Made by a program: the position numbers and the translations under genes. Positions 63,303 through 64,000 of a DNA stretch of 64,000 bases are shown piece by piece. The notes under the pieces were generated by a model. That model was not told the DNA's origin. It ran no database searches and saw only the letters and a program-made list of their open reading frames with translations. Position 1 is the first letter of the stretch. Every line of letters begins with the position of its first letter. The stretch comes from Planctomycetota bacterium (GTDB taxonomy: Bacteria > Planctomycetota > JAJSAM01 > JAJVHW01), in assembly GCA_965248445.1 (NCBI GenBank), contig CBDFJG010000004.1:544001-608000 (forward strand). The letters are read 5' to 3'.

Positions 63303-64000
63303 CTATCCCAGGGCGATGCGCTCGCCCTGGACAGCCACGTCGAATTCGCGCGCGCGCACCGGCGCAGGGTCGTCGAGCAGCGGGTTCGTGTGGTTCAGGT
63401 GGATGAAGCGCACGCGGTCGCCGAGTCCGTCGAGCAGGTCCATCGTCTCGGTCACCGGCGGATGCGGGACCTCGCCAGCCATCCGCGGCAGTTCGTCGCG
63501 CGAGAGGAACGAACCGTCGATGTAGGCGACGTCGACCGCGGCTACCTCCTCGCGGACATCGCGATCCCACGTGTCCCAGCGATCGATGTCGGGCAGGAAC
63601 AGCACGCTCTTGGTCTCGCTCTCGATCACGTACGCGACGGTGTCGCCGTGTTCGTTGCGGTGCGGCACCTGCATCGACCGCACGCGTACGCCGCCGAGAT
63701 CCACGTCGTCGTTGGGGGCGGCGGTGACCCGCGACTGTTCGTACAAGTCGCTGTACGGCGCGTTCGACGAGAGGAATGCATGCATGGCAGGTGTCGCATG
63801 GAGCGGCATCGTCGCGGTCGCCAGCGCCTCGCGCCCGAGGTACGGGAGGCCGTTGATGTGCCCCATGTGCGCGTGAGTCAAGAACACGGCGTCAGGTCGC
63901 CGTGCGCCGAGTGCGTGCAACTGGTCGGGCAGATCCGGCGTCGCGTCGAACAGGTACGCCCGTTCTCCGTTCGTCAGGCCCAGGCACGCGACTCGTTCGC
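63303..64000 (-). CDS. PqqB-like metallo-beta-lactamase-fold hydrolase (5' end outside the window)
   Basis: FDATPDL, FLTHAHMGH, VPHRNE, FLPDIDRW, IDGSF, FIHLNHTNP. Confidence 0.85.
   Translation of the reverse strand, partial: ERVACLGLTNGERAYLFDATPDLPDQLHALGARRPDAVFLTHAHMGHINGLPYLGREALATATMPLHATPAMHAFLSSNAPYSDLYEQSRVTAAPNDDVDLGGVRVRSMQVPHRNEHGDTVAYVIESETKSVLFLPDIDRWDTWDRDVREEVAAVDVAYIDGSFLSRDELPRMAGEVPHPPVTETMDLLDGLGDRVRFIHLNHTNPLLDDPAPVRAREFDVAVQGERIALG

Overview
GC-rich bacterial chromosomal window, probably Planctomycetota; this is inferred from gene content only. The left ~7.5 kb is accessory and redox-related: a partial NDH-2, hicBA, a Ser/Thr kinase fused to an FGE-sulfatase/C-type-lectin domain, an AhpD/CMD-family gene with an in-frame UGA (CFYU) followed by a SECIS-like hairpin (predicted selenoprotein), a SenB-like glycosyltransferase and a HesB/IscA protein. 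The kinase has a DGR-variable-region-like end and a broken 5' end. It appears to sit in a ~2.9 kb decayed island integrated into the selenoprotein 3' end. An 11-subunit complex-I-like operon follows (nuoABCDHIJKLMN, no nuoEFG) with a terminal ferritin-like gene. NuoB, NuoC and the ferritin-like protein share repeated PxLPxG[MF]xLP motifs in Pro-rich tails. The rest holds an orphan eboE-crcB operon, feoAB with a palindromic operator, dus, a Tim44/TerB protein, uppP, thrS-threonine dehydrogenase, a VWA/kinase pair, tricorn protease, arsC-like, copA, a Ca/Na antiporter, FIST, an intact IS1380 with a CTAG target duplication, a putative ceramide cluster (spt, bcerS-like, cerR-like) and several secreted repeat proteins. 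No rRNA, tRNA, CRISPR array, reverse transcriptase or integrase was recognised. All calls come from motif reading, without database searches.
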